DNA from: Tubiluchus corallicola
Lineage: Eukaryota > Animalia > Priapulida
Direction of reading: 5' to 3'
Length of the DNA: 64,000 nucleotides
Assembly (NCBI GenBank): GCA_030141605.1
Contig: JAQGDQ010000180.1
Coordinates: 62,001 to 126,000, forward strand
Shown here: positions 57,249 through 64,000 of the stretch, piece after piece
How the letters are laid out: each line of letters starts with the position of its first letter
Position numbering within the stretch: the first letter of the stretch is position 1
The notes under the pieces: generated by a model
Told to the model about the DNA's origin: nothing
Seen by the model: only the letters and a program-made list of their open reading frames with translations
Database searches by the model: none
Position numbers and translations under genes: made by a program

Positions 57249-58647
57249 AGTTCTCATAGTGGTCTGACTTCCATAACCCCAACACCATAACCACATGCAC
57301 AAGCAAATCTTATAAATGTATCTATCTCAACAGGTGAAGAAGATAAGGTGTCAAGCAGAAGATTACTTAACTTGAAACTCGAGGAGCGAGTTTTTGTTCT
57401 CCTGGGTTTGAAAAATTCTTCAGCCGGCACGCGTCAGCTACTTGTTGATATTAATATGTTTTCCTAGCTATCTTGTTACTGCCAGTAATTAGGGGCTAAG
57501 GTTGGTTGCCAGGGTGCAGACAAACGGACAAATAATTGTCTGTACGGGAGCACGAAATGTGGAAGTGAAAACAGAGCAATGAAAGCGATCTTATCTTCTT
57601 TAAATTTTGTAGTTTGAGAGTCCAGAGTTTCTGACTTTTAAACCATAATTTAATACGGGTTTCTAGAGAAACGCTTATCTCTCTTTGTTCTGAGAGCCGA
57701 GACAGGGACTAGAAAAACACGGACAAGAACCATTGTTTTTCAAAATGAAGTTGGAGTTAATAAAATAGTTCGTGCTAATTCTGCTTCTAGACAAGGAAAG
57801 TATTTCTGGTATTATTACCACAGAAAAGGAAGAAATTAGTCGAAATCTTAACCGACATGTGTCAAAGTTACATTCGATATGCGCATATATTATGATAATG
57901 TCTGAAAATGATGTTTACGATCAATATAGTTTTAGAATTTACAGAAATGACGGTTATAAGGGGAAGTTGTCGACAAAGCCATAACCATAAAATACAAAAA
58001 CCCAAACAGATGAGTTTATAGTTCAACAATATTGATGATACTTCATTCTTAACAGGGCGTATCCAGGTTAAGAAACTGAGAAAAACACAACGGGAGTGCG
58101 ATTAGTGGCGACTCTCTCGGTTTTTTTGCTATCTCGGAACAAGCGTTCAACGGCACCCAAAGTCTAGGCATTGCAAAACTTTACATAGTGGTTAGTTATA
58201 AATTACGTGATCTTTCGTTCTTTGAATAACTCTCTCCCAGGAACAAGAACCGGCTCCTCCAAAACTTTAGAAAATATGTGAAAAGAGAGAGAATCGACAA
58301 GTGTTCGCGGCTGTTGTAGTTTATCTTTAATGCAGTTCAGCTACAAAGGGGTTTGAAGGTCGTAAATAGAAGCAAAGGGCTTTTTCTATAGGACTTCTTG
58401 AAATTTTACAGCTCTTCTGGTATTCAAGAGCAAATAAATGAAATGAGAATAAGTAAAGTGGCTGCTCTGTTTTAGTGCTACTCAGTTTTATTAATTAAAT
58501 CGCTCAGACTTAAGAAACTCTTGCAAAAGAGAGGAGTCAAGAGCGGCACGAAAAAGGACTCAGAATACTCGTTTTACGGAGCATCGCGTTACTCAAGTTA
58601 CTGAGTGACACACCAAAAGATAATTATGTTACTCAACAAAACAACAA

Positions 58648-59010
58648 GCCTTTTCACAGTCCCAGCGATTGATGATGATCGTGAAAACATCAAAGGTTAA
58701 GTGTACCAGATAACGCTTTTGTGTACACTTCACAACGCCTCGCAGCCTATGATATTATAATAGTAACAGTTTTAACAGCTAGATAACCCCTTACCTAGTT
58801 CATTTTTTCTTGTTCCCAAGTAAGATCATGCTAGTAAATCACTCTACGCACAGACTAATGTATAATTAAGTTAAGCTCACGCAAAACAACTGAAGTTACT
58901 GAACTGATGCGGCAGAAGGCTTTGTTTTACACACATATCACGCGAGGGTTGTAGTTAAGACGCGTTGCTGTGGTACACTTAACCCTTGACCTACAGCAAT
59001 TGCGCGTGCG
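58648..59010 (-). mobile_element. repeat family A, copy 3 (inverted)
   Basis: reverse complement of 700-1062 (aatagtaacagttttaacagctag, tgctagtaaatcactcta). Confidence 0.8.
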
Positions 59011-59684
59011 TATAGCGAAACTGTGAAAAGCTTATCGCGAGTGGATCGAGTGGGGTCGTTCAACGAAAGAACGCTTGTTTTTCAGCTGGCAGGGTGTCGG
59101 TTTGATTTTTCAATTCAGTGTTATCCTATAACTGATTACATGGCGAGGCCTTCTTTGAAAGTTTGGTTCAAGATAAAACGAAGATTGGGAAAATTTAACG
59201 AAAGTGAACAGAACAACAAGAAAATTTATAAAAATTTATCGGTTGGTTTGTAAGGTAAAGCCTGCATAAGCACACAGTCACGTGGTACGCTATACGTGAG
59301 CACAAATGAAAGCCAGAGCTATGGTCGCGCATTACAAACCCAATTTCAAACATTTGCACGAGCAGGTTGCCATTAGCATTGTGTGTGTGTGTGTGTGCAC
59401 AACCATTTAAAATAAAATAATCAAACAACTGAATGGTGTTCACTCGAAAGAGCGAGTTCTCCTACATCGGGTGGCGCGAATGGAGACATAATCAAAAGCA
59501 CTGACACCCCGCCGTCACGGGTCAGCGGCTAAATCATGTTTTTGTCAGAAATTGAAGCCACCCTGCACATTGGTATGCTAGCTGACGTAGCACAGATCTG
59601 CAGGTGTTGCGACTTACTGAGAGACATGTGCACCATTAAGCAAGTTTTTGCCAGCAAGAATAGTATAAAGTTATGTCAAAAGTG

Positions 59685-60525
59685 ACATAATGTTAGAAAG
59701 CCCTTTAAATAACTGCCATAATGTTAGAAAGCACTTTAACAACTGCCATAATGTTAGAAAGCCCTTTAATAAGTGCCATAATGTTAGAAAGCACTTTAAT
59801 AACTGCCATAATGTTAGAAAGCCCTTTAATAACTGCCATAATGTTAGAAAGCCCTTTAATAAGTGTCATAATGTTAGAAAGCCCTTTAATAAGTGTCATA
59901 ATGTTAGAAAGCCCTTTAATAAGTACCATAAATTTAGAAAGCCCTTTAATAAGTGCCATAATGATAGAAAGCCCTTTAACAAGTGCCACAATGATAAAAA
60001 GCCCTTTAATAAGCACCATAATGATAGAAAGCCCTTTAATAAGTGCCATAATGATAGAAAGCCATTTAATAAGTGCCATAATGATAGAAAGCCCTTTAAT
60101 AACTGCCACAATGTTAGAAAGCACTTTAATAACTGCCATAATGTTAGAAAGCCCTTTAATAAGTGCCATAATGTTAGAAAGCACTTTAATAACTGCCATA
60201 ATGTTAGAAAGCACTTTAATAACTGCCATAATGTTAGAAAGCCCTTTAATAAGTGCCATAATGTTAGAAAGCACTTTAATAACTGCCATAATGTTAGAAA
60301 GCCTTTTAATAAGTGGCATAATGATAGAAAGCCCTTTAATATTAAAGTGCCATAATGTTACAAAGCCCTTTAATAAGTGGCATAATGATAGAAAGCCCTT
60401 TAATATTAAAGTGCCATAATGTTACAAAGCCCTTTAATAAGAGGCATAATGATAGAAAGCCCTTTAATAAGTGCCATAATGTTACAAGGCCCTTTAATAA
60501 GTGGCATAATGATAGAAAGCCCCTT
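59685..60525. repeat. 30-bp minisatellite, about 27 copies
   Basis: unit ataatgttagaaagccctttaataagtgcc. Confidence 0.96.
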
Positions 60526-61163
60526 AGTTTTTGTTGGACTTTTCCTACAAGTTGATTTAATAATACACGAACTCTTGCTAAAGTAATTTGACAGTTTACC
60601 TGCCAAAGTCGGAACTTTCATCACTTCAGTACAACTAATTAACAACTTCCAGAAATCTGTTAGTTGCGGGTGCTCTAGATATCATCATTTTCGAGGGCAC
60701 GACATTCGACTGGCACAAAAACATGGCTTCAGACCCTATGCCGTTAAAGTGTCTTAGTACCTCCTTCACAAGAGAAATAACAGGATGAAATCTGCCAGAG
60801 GCATCTGTTTTTTCCTGGCAGTCACCCTCCATCTACTATCTAGTCTATCATTGCTCAACTTTGGTTGCTAAGTACTCAACAATTTTGATGACTCCTAAAA
60901 TATGATTTCATATATTTGTAAGCTTTGTAAATGCTATCAATGATTATAAATTCAGCTTCAGTTTAGAACAAGCAATGTGGAATTTACATGTGAAACGGGT
61001 GTCTTACCAGCCGTTTAGGAAAGACCATAACGAAACGTTTTTACAATTGCAAAATTTCTTGTATGATTCAACGTGTGTTGTTTTAGTTTATGAAATGAAC
61101 GTTTCGAAATTCAGGTTAAAATGCATTTATAATACAGAGTCAGGGTTTGCTCCATAATGTCAC

Positions 61164-61190
61164 TAATAATAATAATAATAATGGTGATGG

Positions 61191-61251
<61 letters not shown>

Positions 61252-61260
61252 AATAATAGT
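61164..61260. repeat. (AAT)n(GAT)n microsatellite
   Basis: directly visible. Confidence 0.96.
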
Positions 61261-61524
61261 AAGAATATTTATATGGTGAGCCTTTGGAAATGGTTGAGTG
61301 TTAAACAAATTAAAAATATCACGACTTGTTCACGTTTCCCTCCTAGCATTTTCGTCCACTGAGAAATTTTTGCTACAAATGGCTCGTAGCGTTAATTCAT
61401 AAACATAAATATATATATCCGTGGATACGTTTTCTTGTGAGTAGACGTCATACAATACATGTACACCTGACGGTACAGAATAATCAACAACACAAGAAAT
61501 TTGTTGTGAATGCGTTTAAATTTT

Positions 61525-62595
61525 GTATGAATGTCACTGCGCAAGGTTAGACTTCGTTACTTGCCTAGACGAACCAAAGAAATGAAAGATGATGCTGGGG
61601 CCCTGAAGTACTTGCAAGTGTTAAAACCAATGTCAAAGAAGCCAGATCTACATCAGAAGCAAAATCATACGTATGTCTGTATAAGTATGTGTCTGTATAA
61701 GTATGTGTAAACTTTATTTATGTATTTGAATGGATTTGCAAATAGTACACAAGTAATTTAAAGAAAAGGAAAATCTTTTTTCCCACCATTTCCACTAACA
61801 CATCCTTCTTCCTGTCCTGTGTGATCTAACCTTTCTCCCTGTTCTTATTTTGTTCACTTATCAATTCCCGTTTTATCTGGTTCACATGACAGCGGGCTTA
61901 GGAAAGTCTTTGCTTCTATAGCACCACTGCAGTACAATTATTCTTTTATGGTAACGATAGTGTATGAAACACAATAATTTATTACAGTATGACGTAATAA
62001 TTTCGATGTCAACTTGTACCGAATGTGATAATAATAAAAACTAAACTTCAAGACAACAGCATGTGTATCATAGAAGATAAAAGACCAACGTAGTACAGTC
62101 AAAATTGGTCAAAAAACTATAATTATTAATTTCTCTTCTTATGAAGGGTCGAACAAATTTATGTTATAGTTTTCTTTCTCCATATTTAGAAATTGCTAAA
62201 ACACGTTAAAATTGTAATTAGGTGTTAAAATAATAGCAACCCTTAAATCGTATGTGTTTAACGCGCTGAGTCTTGCGGATAAGATACTCTGATTCTGTTT
62301 AGTGCAAACCTTTTAACGTGTTTTTAGTTTAAAACGAATCTAAGAATAAGTGAGCTTTGTCACTTTCGTATACAGCACATCACAGCACAAAATGGTCAAC
62401 AGCACAGCAAATTCCATTTGATGTGAGTGTCACTGCACACGGTTGGACTTAGCTACTTGAGCAGACTGTACCAACTCATGGAACGTTTGCTGGCCCTGTG
62501 AAGTTAGCTCACTAACACCAAACCAATAGCTACTGGATTAGATCTACGTCATCACCATGTCAAAGTCGGGCGATGTACAGCGTCAGAAGCAAAAT
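61525..62595 (+). repeat. diverged ~150-bp direct repeat pair (about 61525-61665 and 62420-62595)
   Basis: tgtcactgc.ca.ggtt.gactt.g.tacttg...aaaccaat...agatctac...tcagaagcaaaat in both. Confidence 0.6.
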
Positions 62596-63607
62596 GGAGA
62601 AAACTGAACGCGAAACCAATTTTCTGCCAACATTCAAATGGCGCCGCCGCTTGTATTCATCTCACCTAGTAGCTACAACTTTCACAAACAACAACAGCAC
62701 GATAATACAAACTAAAATAAGTAATAATTTAGTTAATTTAGTTACTCTGCACACTAAACATTTGGCATTAAGCTTCTGAATGGGCTAAAACATCGTCCGC
62801 CAAAGCCACAGCAAGGCAAGTCGTGTGATTTTCGACACTGCAAACAAGAGAACGTCACACAACACTGCAAATCGCACAACACAGACAATCACCGAGAGGC
62901 GAAAGGCGTGGCTGTGTTAGCCGCCATGTTGTCCGAGTGACCTTTAGCGTTCCGTTGTTTCGAAAACTTGAGCGAAGCCTAGTTTCGTCTGTGACTAGAA
63001 AATAAAGGGCGTCTTGTGAGTGAAACGTATGGCGTCACTCCTGATTTTGGAAAAACAGTTTTGCTATTCTAAACATTTAACGCTCGTGATACAGGCACCT
63101 TTAGTTCACAGGTTGTTTTGTAAATTTTACACAGGAGCAAAATAAATGTAAAGCCTAGCAAATAAATATAGGCCTACTAAAGCAAATAAACTATAACATA
63201 GCGAGACAAAAAGTCTTGCATTAATGCGAGATGCCATGCTGTGTGACATTCAACTGGCAAGGGCAAATGAAGTCCTAGTCTCCTTTTGCTAAGCAAAGAC
63301 GGATGAGCTACCCCGCCCACACGTCTACGACTAGTAATAGTTTGGCACGAAGCCTAGCCTGGGTCTTCTAACGCGATCTTTATTAGTTAAACAAGTTTTT
63401 GGAGTTGCCCTAAGTCGTAAAATCCTATAAAAACATCTGTAAAAAGTGGCAGGCCTACTATTATCACCACAGATTCAACTTAAGATTTAGCTGGCGTGTA
63501 TGAATACCATTGTTGTTTTATTATCCAAGACAATGTGGTTCTCTCTTTGCATATCATCATGGGTAGTGGCGGCTCGTGTATACTTACTTTGGTACTGCAA
63601 CACACCG

Positions 63608-63845
63608 TTTTCACTCATTATTATCGATAATATTCAATATAATAAGTCTTTTTTCTTTAGTTCTTTTCATACTTGTGCGGAACAGGAGCACGTGAAGGTA
63701 GTACAATTTGCTTGACAGCTCCAGCTACGTGGTGTTTGGCTGTTGTGCGCACATGACTGAGAATAACCAGCTGTACGCTGGCGTCTGCTGCTAGGTAGAA
63801 AAGTACTGTGTCTTTTTACCGTAACAATTGCCACGTGTTTACCGT
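63608..63845 (+). mobile_element. dispersed repeat family E, copy 2
   Basis: colinear with 40540-40782. Confidence 0.75.
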
Positions 63846-64000
63846 CATATTCTTGGATGTGAAAAAGTGTAAACTTAGCGTGTGTGCTTAAAATATACAT
63901 TACTTAATAATGGACGCCTTGCAACCCCAAGAAATAATTTTGGGACTAAAGTAACAACAGCTTAATTTTTCACAATTGTCTCTCTTCATGAGAAAGTTGC

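Noticed and set aside
59040-59225. tRNA-like sequence
   Set aside because: Degenerate boxes and no cloverleaf; at most an old SINE head, too weak to call.
59690-60555. ORFs of more than 200 aa on both strands (CHNVRKPFNK repeats)
   Set aside because: Product of a 30-bp tandem array, open in several frames at once.
53741-64000. Upstream RBM24/38 exons (RRM and short penultimate exon)
   Set aside because: No RNP motifs or convincing short exon found by eye; probably beyond the window, though a small exon could have been missed.

Overview
AT-rich, repeat-dense animal (invertebrate, arthropod-like) genomic DNA containing three spliced genes. (1) A complete 19-exon TXNDC5/ERp46-family ER protein disulfide isomerase on the minus strand (ATG 33290, stop 1169-1171; hand-assembled CDS 2400 nt = 799 aa; signal peptide and C-terminal KDEL). 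It has six thioredoxin domains instead of the usual three (WCGHC x4, WCDHC, KCEVC), built by four-fold repetition of a three-exon phase-0 cassette. (2) RPLP1 (60S acidic ribosomal protein P1, 5 exons, 110 aa) on the plus strand, head-to-head with gene 1 across 450 bp; its leader has a long hairpin and a 3-codon uORF. (3) The last coding exon of an RBM24/RBM38 orthologue on the minus strand. The rest is non-autonomous DNA transposons (Tigger/pogo-like, hAT, Kolobok-like, piggyBac, Harbinger-like), LINE/SINE remnants and many unrelated minisatellites. Several minisatellites visibly derive from a splice donor, a transposon end or a LINE. No rRNA, tRNA gene, CRISPR array or intact transposase was seen. 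All exon boundaries were read by hand from GT-AG sites and reading frame; repeat boundaries are approximate unless TIR/TSD are quoted.
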